Origin: Thermoproteota archaeon
GTDB lineage: Archaea > Korarchaeota > Korarchaeia > Korarchaeales > Korarchaeaceae
NCBI GenBank assembly: GCA_027491735.1
Contig: JAOZGP010000018.1
Coordinates: 1 to 39,864, forward strand
Reading direction: 5' to 3'
Length of the DNA stretch: 39,864 nucleotides
The number at the start of each line of letters is the position of its first letter. Position 1 is the first letter of the stretch. Of the stretch, positions 26,254-34,163 are shown in pieces. The notes beneath the pieces were generated by a model that ran no database searches, had not been told where the DNA came from, and saw only the letters and a list, made by a program, of their open reading frames with translations. Position numbers and translations under genes: made by a program.

Positions 26254-27453
26254 ATGAAGTGGTACGGGGTGGGTCTCGGTGGAGCTGGCGGTAACATAAT
26301 GGACACAACTTACGGATTGATGAGGGAGAACTTCATCGGTGTTTCTGTGTTCAACACCGCTGAACCAGATAAGGCAAAACTGAGCTTCCTCAAGGAGAGG
26401 TTTTTCCTCTTCGGGGATTTCGGGGGGGCTGGTGTCGGGTCAAAGTGGAAGGACTCCAGGGATGCCATAACTCAGGAGAAGTGGAAGAAGGTTTTTGTGG
26501 AGAACGTGGTCTCCGATGGAATAGCAGAAAGCCAGGCGGTTCTGCTCGCTTCCTCAACCGGAGGGGGTACCGGAAGTGGTGCCATACCAGTTGTTTCCGG
26601 TTATATTAAGGAGATCCTCTCCTCCGGCGGCAGGATTGTACAGCCCATGATAGCTGGCGTAGTTCTTCCCTTCAGGTATCCGAAGGAGACCATGAGATTC
26701 AGCTACAACACAGCCATCTGCTTGGCTAACCTTCTGGATAAGGTGGACGCCATCTTGATCGCGGACAACGATTATCTCATGGAGAGGATAACTCAGGAGA
26801 CGCCCAACATAAGCGACGTCGAGCTTTTAGACAAGATAAATGTGAGCATCGCTGAGGCCTTGAGAGTTCTCTCCTCAGCATCTGAAACTCCAATAAAGGG
26901 TGGATTTAAGACAACCTTTGATTCTCAAGACCTCAAGAGCTCGCTGAGCATGTTCGAGGCTGCTCTCGTGGTTCCATATTACTTCAGAACCAGGGTGGAT
27001 GTGCTGGGCGGCAGTCTGGAGTTCCTGGTGGAGGCAGCTCTTGAGGCGGGAGGTCTCGCGAAAGCAGATCCGAGCACAGCTATCAAGGCTGCCTTCGTCG
27101 TGAAAGGTCCTGAGACCTTGGTCACTGTGGACAACATCTTCCAAGCCAAGAGGGTACTTGTGGAGAGGATAGCTGGAGTTGACGTCCGGGAGGGAATTGC
27201 AGCGACTCCTCCGGACTCCAAGTATATAGAAATAGCCGTGCTGCTTGTGGAGCCCAAGATAGACAGGATAGATGAGGTAGCTGAGCAGGCCAGAGTATAC
27301 TACGACCTGTTTGAGGATGACCTGACAGCGAAGGAGAGCACCCCCCGAGAGGAGTTCGAGTCGTACCTCAAGAGGCTCGAGGATCACATGAACAGGGTGG
27401 ACACTAAGAGAGAGCAGCTAGTCAGGGTTAAGGGGACGATGCAGTCACCATAG
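26254..27453 (+). CDS. Tubulin/FtsZ-superfamily GTPase, not canonical FtsZ (CetZ/TubZ/tubulin-like)
   Basis: GLGGAGGNI, NTA, GAGVG, signature GGGTGSG (26560-26580), VLPF, YNTA, ADND, T7-like TTFDSQDL. Confidence 0.93.
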   Translation: MKWYGVGLGGAGGNIMDTTYGLMRENFIGVSVFNTAEPDKAKLSFLKERFFLFGDFGGAGVGSKWKDSRDAITQEKWKKVFVENVVSDGIAESQAVLLASSTGGGTGSGAIPVVSGYIKEILSSGGRIVQPMIAGVVLPFRYPKETMRFSYNTAICLANLLDKVDAILIADNDYLMERITQETPNISDVELLDKINVSIAEALRVLSSASETPIKGGFKTTFDSQDLKSSLSMFEAALVVPYYFRTRVDVLGGSLEFLVEAALEAGGLAKADPSTAIKAAFVVKGPETLVTVDNIFQAKRVLVERIAGVDVREGIAATPPDSKYIEIAVLLVEPKIDRIDEVAEQARVYYDLFEDDLTAKESTPREEFESYLKRLEDHMNRVDTKREQLVRVKGTMQSP

Positions 27454-27474
27454 TACTCCGACGAGGGACTCTCC

Positions 27475-28242
27475 TTGTCTACGGATGAGCTCAGAACTCT
27501 TCTGGAGGACAAGACCTCAGGAGCCTCTCGGATAGCTCTAAGGGCTGCTAAGGTCCTCTCATTGCTCGAGATGGATGAGGCGCTGAAGTGGGCCGAGATG
27601 CTTCGCAGAGCCCATCCGGAGATGATCCCTCTTCAGAACCTCAACTTGGTCCTCAGGTCATCTGGACTTGATGGTCTGAGGAGATTTCTCAATGCTCTGG
27701 AGACCGGAAGGGATTTGATACCTAGAAAGGCAACACTTCTCCTAGAGAAGCTTGGAGTAAGTCGTTTATCCACAATGAGCTGGTCTTCCACAGTTTTCGA
27801 GTGCATTTTGGCACTCCAACAGAGAGGCCTGCTGGACGACGTGCTCATAGGGGAATCTCTCCCGGGAGGGGAGGGCCACAGGACCTCAAAGCTTCTGTCT
27901 GAACGTGGAATCATCACGAGGGTGGTGCCCGACGCTCTTCTCCCGTGGTCATCGGTCTGTGAGAGAAGAGGAGTTCTGGTCGGAGCTGACGCCATCTACT
28001 CGGATGGAACCGTAGTCAACAAGGTGGGAACCATGCCCCTCGCCTTATCCTGTAAATATCATGACCTTCCGGTGATCGTCGTCTCAGATACGACGAAGAT
28101 ATGGCATAATCCGATAAGCGAAGAGAGAAGGCTCGCGATCTCCGAGATGTTCGATGTAACACCTCCCGATGCCCTGTCAGCGATAGTAACTGAGAGGGGC
28201 GTCTTCAAACCTCCGTTCAGGTTTTCCTCCTTCTGGATCTGA
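27475..28242 (+). CDS. eIF-2B alpha/beta/delta-family protein (ribose-1,5-bisphosphate isomerase-like)
   Basis: DKTSGAS, ESLPGGEG, VLVGADAI..DGTVVNKVGT, FDVTP...IVTERG. Confidence 0.87.
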   Translation: MSTDELRTLLEDKTSGASRIALRAAKVLSLLEMDEALKWAEMLRRAHPEMIPLQNLNLVLRSSGLDGLRRFLNALETGRDLIPRKATLLLEKLGVSRLSTMSWSSTVFECILALQQRGLLDDVLIGESLPGGEGHRTSKLLSERGIITRVVPDALLPWSSVCERRGVLVGADAIYSDGTVVNKVGTMPLALSCKYHDLPVIVVSDTTKIWHNPISEERRLAISEMFDVTPPDALSAIVTERGVFKPPFRFSSFWI

Positions 28243-29167
28243 TCTCCGCTCTGATTCTAGCAGCCTCTCTCCTGGACTCTCTGTGAGCTATGACGAGGGG
28301 ATCAGGTTGCGGTCCTCTGAAGATGAAGTTCTCAGCTATCCTCCTGGAAGATTCCAGGCTGACTCTGTTTCCGGGAGACACAAAGATCTTCCTTCCCCTT
28401 CTGAGGACCCATCCCACATGGTCTCCATCCACGAGGATCCTGTCATCGATCACCCTTCCGACCAGGAGGGACTTAGCTACCCCTACCGATGGGACATCGA
28501 GAACTACCCCTAGGTGGCAGGCATCTCCAAACCTCTCCGGGTGTGCCAAGCCATGTCCATCGACGAAGAGGACGTCGAAGGAGCACCTCTTCACGACCAT
28601 GACGCACGGTCTCAACTCTCTGAAAGCTAAGAAGGTTGGTATATAGGGAAAGACAGGCTCGGTTCTGACAGTCTTGACCTCCACAACCTCCCCACTCCGG
28701 TTCATCACAGCGCAGGAGGCTACAGCTATCTCAGGGCAACCGTCAACATAGGAGACATCGACTCCCGCTGCCAGCTCGATCTGATCTGGATCCAGAGAGT
28801 CCTCGAGAGACATGAAGCTTCTCAGAACCCTTTGCGAGTTCCTAGCTCTCTTCAGCACAGGAACTATCCTGATGCCGATCTCGTCTGGTTTCACCAAGTG
28901 ATCCTCGGACACTCTCCCGCCTCTGATCTCCACGCCCTCCATCAGGAGAGGAAGCTTTGCCTCTCTTTGTATGGAGAGATCCTCCCTCACGACCTTGTAC
29001 CACTTCTCAAAACCGCAGAGCCTTAGTTTTCTCACACAACCAGCCAGGTACCTGGCGGCCCTTCTCCATCCAAGGAGCTCTGCCAGAGATCCGTAGGTTA
29101 TCACCTTTCCCTTTGGGAGCGAGTCGATCACCTGAGCTATGAGAATATCCACTCTGTTCATCTCCAC
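28217..29167 (-). CDS. nfi: Alkyltransferase-like (ATL) domain fused to endonuclease V
   Basis: N-terminal PKGKVITYGSLA...AAR...KWYKVV; C-terminal GVDVSY, FPYIPTFLAFRE, VDGHGLAHP, GVAKS, FVSPG. Confidence 0.92.
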   Translation of the reverse strand: MEMNRVDILIAQVIDSLPKGKVITYGSLAELLGWRRAARYLAGCVRKLRLCGFEKWYKVVREDLSIQREAKLPLLMEGVEIRGGRVSEDHLVKPDEIGIRIVPVLKRARNSQRVLRSFMSLEDSLDPDQIELAAGVDVSYVDGCPEIAVASCAVMNRSGEVVEVKTVRTEPVFPYIPTFLAFRELRPCVMVVKRCSFDVLFVDGHGLAHPERFGDACHLGVVLDVPSVGVAKSLLVGRVIDDRILVDGDHVGWVLRRGRKIFVSPGNRVSLESSRRIAENFIFRGPQPDPLVIAHRESRREAARIRAEIRSRRRKT

Positions 29168-29212
29168 ACTGGGAAAGGATTAATACAGGCCCTCAATAAA
29201 AACCTCCTTTGG

Positions 29213-29434
29213 GTGGTCCAGCTGTCGGAGCTCGACCAGTGGACTCTAGAGATCCTCAAAGCTATGGACGAGATGGGAGGCTTAGCCACATGTAAAGAAC
29301 TTGCAGGAAAACTCAGATGTTCTCCAAAAAGGCTGGCGGGGAAGTTGAGATGGGTCATCAAGCTAGGACTGATAAGGAGGATAGATAAGGGGAGGTTCGA
29401 GATCACGGACCTCGGTCGGTCTGTCTTGAGGTGA
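29213..29434 (+). CDS. Small winged-helix DNA-binding protein
   Basis: ILKAM...ATCKELAGKL...LIKLGLIRR...FEITDLGR; 4 nt before argS. Confidence 0.75.
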   Translation: MVQLSELDQWTLEILKAMDEMGGLATCKELAGKLRCSPKRLAGKLRWVIKLGLIRRIDKGRFEITDLGRSVLR

Positions 29435-29438
29435 TTCC

Positions 29439-31289
29439 ATGAATGATCCTCTGGGAGAGATCAGGGAAGCCATAATCTCAGCTGTTAAGGAGGTTTCTCC
29501 CGTTCCTATAGAAGAAGTTCCATTGAGTAGAACTCCTCCGGGTCATGAGGGGCATCTAGGTACTCCCATAGGGTTTAAACTAGCTAAAAAACTAGGAATG
29601 AGTCCTGAGGAGGTTGCTGAGAGAATAGCTTCTGAGATGAAGCTTCCTTCTGGGGTGAAGAGGGTAACAGTGATGAGAGGATTCATAAACTTCGAGGTGG
29701 ATAGAGATCTCCTCTTCAGGAGAGTTCTGGAGCTGGCGATCAGGGAGGAGCTCGGTAGAGATGGATTTTTCGGGAGAGTTATCGTTGAACACACGAGCGC
29801 CAACCCTGTCCATCCTCTGCATGTGGGGAGTGGAAGAAATGCCGTGATAGGTGATACCTTAGCAAGAATGCTCTCCTACATGGGGTTTGACGTTGATAGA
29901 CGTTATCTCGTGAATGATAGTGGGCTTCAAATGGCTTACCTAGTTCTGGGATCCACGTTCTCACCTCCTGCTCCAAGTGACGTCAAGAAGGACCACTGGT
30001 ATGGAATAATCTATGCAAGCTCCAACATGGCTGTCATGCTGAGAGAGGGAAAGAATGTCGAGGAGGTGAGGGTCAACCTGGAAAAACTTCGATCCAAAAA
30101 TCGTGAGCTGGTGGACTCCGTGGTCGAGGGTGTTTCGAAGATGGATGATCCCTCGGCGAAGCTTCAAGAGCTGATACGCAGATACCAGTCTGGAGATGGG
30201 GAGATCTCTCACATGTTCAGGAGGTGTGCTGAGGAAGTTCTCTTGGGTTTCAAAGAGACCTTGAGCAGGTTGGGAGTAATACATGACGCCTTCGACTGGG
30301 AAAGCGATCTGATATGGTCGGGGCTCGTGAGGAGAACTGTGGAAAGGCTCTCCAGATATATAGGGGAGGAGGAGGGGGCCTTGTATCTGGATCTTCACAA
30401 GGCAGCGGAGGACAACGATGTGGTCCTCAAGGTCTTTGGATTCTCGTCGCTCGAGAAGTTCAAGCAATCGGTTCCCCAGAAATTCTTCCTCACCAGGTCC
30501 GATGGAACCTGGCTCTACACGGCCACCGACATAGCATACTCATGTTACAAGCTTGAGGAGCTTAAGTTCGACAGGTGCTACAACGTCGTAGGCGCTGAGC
30601 AGAAGGTTGAGCAAAATCAGGTCAGGTCGAGCATAGCTCTCATGGGGATAGATCCAGACCGTCTGGTGCACTTCAGCTATGAGATCGTGGAGCTCACCAG
30701 CGGCAGGATGAGGGGGAGGATGGGAACCTATCTCACACTGGACGAGTTAGTGGATGCCACAAAGAGGAGGGTAGAGGACCTTCTCAGGGGTAGAGGAATG
30801 AGCGACTCTGAGATCTCTGAGATAAGCGATAAGGTGGCTGTCGGAGCGATAAGATACGCTCTTCTAGCGGTGGATCCCAATAAGGTTGTCAGGTTTGACT
30901 GGAGCAGGGTTCTCAACCTCAACGAGAACAGCGGACCCTTCATTCAGTACTCCTACACCAGAGCGACTAGCATCCTTAGGAAGGCTGGATCAATGCCCAC
31001 AAGCTTTAATCCATCGAACCTTGAGGAGGAGTTGGAGGAGGAGCTGATATTCAAGATTGCGGAGATGCCTTCGATAATGAGGTCATCGGTTGATCTCATG
31101 AGGCCAGACATGTTGATACAACACGCAAATGAGATGGCTCTGCTCTTCAACAGGTACTACGAAAAGTACCCAGTCCTAAAAGCCGAAGATGGTGTTAAAG
31201 AGGCAAGAATGTTCTTGGTAGCGGCTTTCAAGGGAGCGCTGGGCATCCTCATGGATCTAACGGGCATACCCAGACTGGACAGGATGTGA
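29439..31289 (+). CDS. argS: Arginine--tRNA ligase
   Basis: VEHTSANPVHPLHVGSGRNA, RSDGTWLY, GPFIQYSYTRA, terminal LDRM. Confidence 0.96.
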   Translation: MNDPLGEIREAIISAVKEVSPVPIEEVPLSRTPPGHEGHLGTPIGFKLAKKLGMSPEEVAERIASEMKLPSGVKRVTVMRGFINFEVDRDLLFRRVLELAIREELGRDGFFGRVIVEHTSANPVHPLHVGSGRNAVIGDTLARMLSYMGFDVDRRYLVNDSGLQMAYLVLGSTFSPPAPSDVKKDHWYGIIYASSNMAVMLREGKNVEEVRVNLEKLRSKNRELVDSVVEGVSKMDDPSAKLQELIRRYQSGDGEISHMFRRCAEEVLLGFKETLSRLGVIHDAFDWESDLIWSGLVRRTVERLSRYIGEEEGALYLDLHKAAEDNDVVLKVFGFSSLEKFKQSVPQKFFLTRSDGTWLYTATDIAYSCYKLEELKFDRCYNVVGAEQKVEQNQVRSSIALMGIDPDRLVHFSYEIVELTSGRMRGRMGTYLTLDELVDATKRRVEDLLRGRGMSDSEISEISDKVAVGAIRYALLAVDPNKVVRFDWSRVLNLNENSGPFIQYSYTRATSILRKAGSMPTSFNPSNLEEELEEELIFKIAEMPSIMRSSVDLMRPDMLIQHANEMALLFNRYYEKYPVLKAEDGVKEARMFLVAAFKGALGILMDLTGIPRLDRM

Positions 31290-31449
31290 GTTCATCCCTC
31301 CTCTAGGAAGAGCTTTGGTGATGCGAAGGTCCCCCTCAAGACTCGGCTTTCTAGCTGAACAGTCTGAGCACAGCTCACCTCAGAGGCATTGGACTGGAGG
31401 AGGAAACTCTCTCATAGGGGGCTCTCCGAGAAAGCCTCACTTCAGTAGG

Positions 31450-31519
31450 GAGGGTCTTGTCGAACGGATCCTTGCGGCAGTTAAGGTATACATGCATCAT
31501 GTCGAACGTAGGTCTCAGC
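31450..31519 (+). repeat. Dispersed direct copy of 4126-4195 (internal dppA fragment)
   Basis: 66/70 identical; the first 47 bp are exact. Confidence 0.95.
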
Positions 31520-31739
31520 AGGATCGCTTCATAAGCCCTTTTATCCTGGAATGAGGGGCTCCCTCTGGAGGGTTTCTTGTGTGATAGGCGGCCTTCCTTA
31601 CGATCCTCCTTGGAAGCCCGAGACCTCCCATCTCAGCATATCGGATATGTCCAGATTCAGTGGAGGAGGTCTAAATCGACAGATCATCTGTGCTGCGGTG
31701 TGGGTAAAGCTTTAAACATTTAGCGTGGGATAACCTCAG

Positions 31740-32150
31740 GTGAGCGAGCGAGAGGTACGCAGACTTCTCGGCGAATGCGGGCTGGACAGGTACGCCACCG
31801 TAATGGTGGAGGGATCAAAGATAAGGGTGATAATAAACTATGATCCACTCATAGAGGACAAGAGGAGGACCTTGACCTTGGCCAGAAGGATAAACGGTGG
31901 TAGATTTGCCGGGATAAAGGCAGAGGAGCTTATTGAACAGCTCCACATGCTCACCAAAAACATGGAGGATGTCGCCGTTCGTGAGGAGATAACAGTTCAG
32001 AGGTCTAGATCAGGGTTAAACAGACTCAGAAGGTTTTTGGGGATTGTTCGGGAGAGAATCAACGATGTCGACAGGAAAGCTAAGGGGATGAGGTCTCTGG
32101 TAAGGCAGGTTCACTTCTACGCCTATGAGCTTCTCAGAAGTAGTAGATGA
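31740..32150 (+). CDS. Hypothetical protein
   Basis: 136-aa ORF preceded by TTTAAA TATA-like box; helical C-terminus. Confidence 0.65.
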   Translation: MSEREVRRLLGECGLDRYATVMVEGSKIRVIINYDPLIEDKRRTLTLARRINGGRFAGIKAEELIEQLHMLTKNMEDVAVREEITVQRSRSGLNRLRRFLGIVRERINDVDRKAKGMRSLVRQVHFYAYELLRSSR

Positions 32151-32594
32151 TCACAAGAGCTTCGATATGTCCTCCATGGATTCCATCCAAGATCTGTTCA
32201 TCTTCTCCTGAAGGTCAGCTATCTCATCGTCGGAGTAGAAGAGGAAGTCCTCCTCACCGGATCTCTTGAGGTCCACAGTCTTGAAGGCATTGGACACCCA
32301 GAGCAGAGCAACTACTTTTTTCTTCAACCACTCCACATAGTTCTCGTCTTTGGGAGCAAACTCAGCTATCCACAGCTCATCTCCGTCAAACTTCAGATGA
32401 ACCCTCCCCCTCTCATCCCTCAAAGCTCTGACTATGGTCGCCTTTCCGAGCTTGAGGTTGGAGATCTCTCCTCCTCTCCTCAGTTCGAGGATAATGGGAT
32501 CGACGTCCGTCCCCTTCTTTGCGAACGTCTCCTTGAGAAATCTCTCTAGGGAGCCGACACTCTCAAAAACTATCTCGCCGAAGGCATCTCCCAT
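32151..32594 (-). CDS. Hypothetical protein
   Basis: Protein-like ORF; likely start ATG 32594 after AGGTG; its stop abuts the stop of the convergent ORF. Confidence 0.65.
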   Translation of the reverse strand: MGDAFGEIVFESVGSLERFLKETFAKKGTDVDPIILELRRGGEISNLKLGKATIVRALRDERGRVHLKFDGDELWIAEFAPKDENYVEWLKKKVVALLWVSNAFKTVDLKRSGEEDFLFYSDDEIADLQEKMNRSWMESMEDISKLL

Positions 32595-32693
32595 GAAAGC
32601 ACCTTCAAATGAACCCGTTCCTCCGTAAAAAAGTTTTTCCACGTGGGGCTGGAAACTATTATCAATCCCTGGCAGCTGGAATGTTGGGTGTTA

Positions 32694-33968
32694 ATGTCCC
32701 TGATGATCGTGGCTGGAACGAGACCCGAACTGATAAAATTAGCTCCGGTCATTAAATCATTGAACGAACTTGGATTGGATTACACGTTTGTCTGGAGCGG
32801 ACAGCACTACGACTACCGACTGAGCAGGATATTCCTCGAGCAACTAGCGCTTCCCAATCCGGACGAGAACTTGGGAGTTGGTAGTGGCACTCACGCTGAG
32901 CAGACGGCGAGGCTCATGACGGCGCTCGAGAAGGTCATCGAGAGAAGAAAACCCGAGATCGTGATCGCTGAAGGAGATACGAACACTGTTCTGGCGGCGG
33001 CCATGACCTCCACAAAGATGGGGGTTCCCTTCGCTCACGTCGAGGCTGGACTCAGGAGCTGGGACAGAACTATGCCTGAGGAGATCAACAGGGTGGTGGC
33101 AGACTCCTTGGCGACCATGAACTTTGCCCCCACGGAGCTGGCGGTTGTGAACCTCACACATGAGGGCATCGATCTGGGAAGGATAGAGCTGGTCGGGAAT
33201 ACGGTGGTCGACGTGCTCATGGAAAACCTGTCGAGGGTCAAGGAGCTTAAACCCAAGGTCCTCAACGAGCTAGGTCTTGGTGAGAACGAATTCCTGCTCG
33301 CCACGGTACATCGACAGGAGAACACCGACAACGGGGTCCGGCTGAGGAACATAATCTCAGCCCTGAGGGAGCTGTCGGAGGAGATCCCAGTAGTTTTCCC
33401 GATGCATCCCCGGACCACCTCTAGGATAGGAAGGTATGGAGCTCTCCTCGAGGGAATAAAAGTGATAGAGCCCCTTGGTTATCTACAATTCCTATCCCTC
33501 CTATCGGCCTGTCTGGCCGTTCTCACCGACAGCGGAGGGGTGCAGGAGGAGGCCTTCACCTTGGGCATTCCAACGGTGACCCTCAGATACAACACGGAGA
33601 GGCCAGAGACTGTGAGGTTGGGAGGCAATTACCTGGTCGGGGCGAACAGAGATGAGATAGTGGAGCGTACCAGGCACGTGATTGAGAGACGAGACGAGAT
33701 AGTCAGGAGGATAAGGGAAGCTGAGAACCCCTTCGGAGATGGTAGATCTGGAGAGAGGATAGCCAAGATTCTGGCGTCCAGAAAGTTTGAGATCAGATCA
33801 TCTGATACGAGGACAGATCCCTACATAACCTACGCCCTGAGAAAAAACTTCTCCGGTGAGATTCTGTCGATGTACGATTCCGGGGGCGTGGCTGTAGCTT
33901 CTAAATCACTGGCCAAGTTTTTCACGGTGAGAGGTCCTGCGAGCAGATTGCTGACGAACAGCCCATGA
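32694..33968 (+). CDS. wecB: UDP-N-acetylglucosamine 2-epimerase (non-hydrolysing)
   Basis: GTRPELIKLAP, GQHYD, HVEAGLRS, PEEINR, TDSGGVQEEA, TERPE, NPFGDG. Confidence 0.93.
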   Translation: MSLMIVAGTRPELIKLAPVIKSLNELGLDYTFVWSGQHYDYRLSRIFLEQLALPNPDENLGVGSGTHAEQTARLMTALEKVIERRKPEIVIAEGDTNTVLAAAMTSTKMGVPFAHVEAGLRSWDRTMPEEINRVVADSLATMNFAPTELAVVNLTHEGIDLGRIELVGNTVVDVLMENLSRVKELKPKVLNELGLGENEFLLATVHRQENTDNGVRLRNIISALRELSEEIPVVFPMHPRTTSRIGRYGALLEGIKVIEPLGYLQFLSLLSACLAVLTDSGGVQEEAFTLGIPTVTLRYNTERPETVRLGGNYLVGANRDEIVERTRHVIERRDEIVRRIREAENPFGDGRSGERIAKILASRKFEIRSSDTRTDPYITYALRKNFSGEILSMYDSGGVAVASKSLAKFFTVRGPASRLLTNSP

Positions 33969-34163
33969 GGGGTACTACAGGCCTCGATCGAGGCGATCGA
34001 TCACCAGGCAGAGGAGGTCATAACGTTTATTTGTTAAGGATTGCCTATAAAGCATAATTGTGTCAATGTCGACTTCTTCCCCATCTAATCCCTCAAAGTG
34101 CTGGTTCGATCATCGAACGGACACGCAGAGAGTTTTTGGCAGGTTCAGGGCTCGGTGTAGGAG

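Noticed and set aside
26254-27453. Calling this gene ftsZ or cetZ
   Set aside because: It lacks FtsZ-specific motifs and the subfamily cannot be fixed without phylogeny.
31318-31368. Possible C/D box sRNA (GTGATGC...CTGA)
   Set aside because: Box C is imperfect, there are no clear C'/D' boxes and no target can be verified.
31450-31519. Diversity-generating retroelement template/variable repeat pair with 4126-4195
   Set aside because: The four mismatches are not confined to adenines of one copy, the target is mid-gene, and no reverse transcriptase is in the window.
31315-31554. 79-aa ORF sharing a peptide with ORF 3838-4572
   Set aside because: The shared peptide only reflects the antisense frame of the duplicated dppA DNA; no evidence either ORF is a gene.
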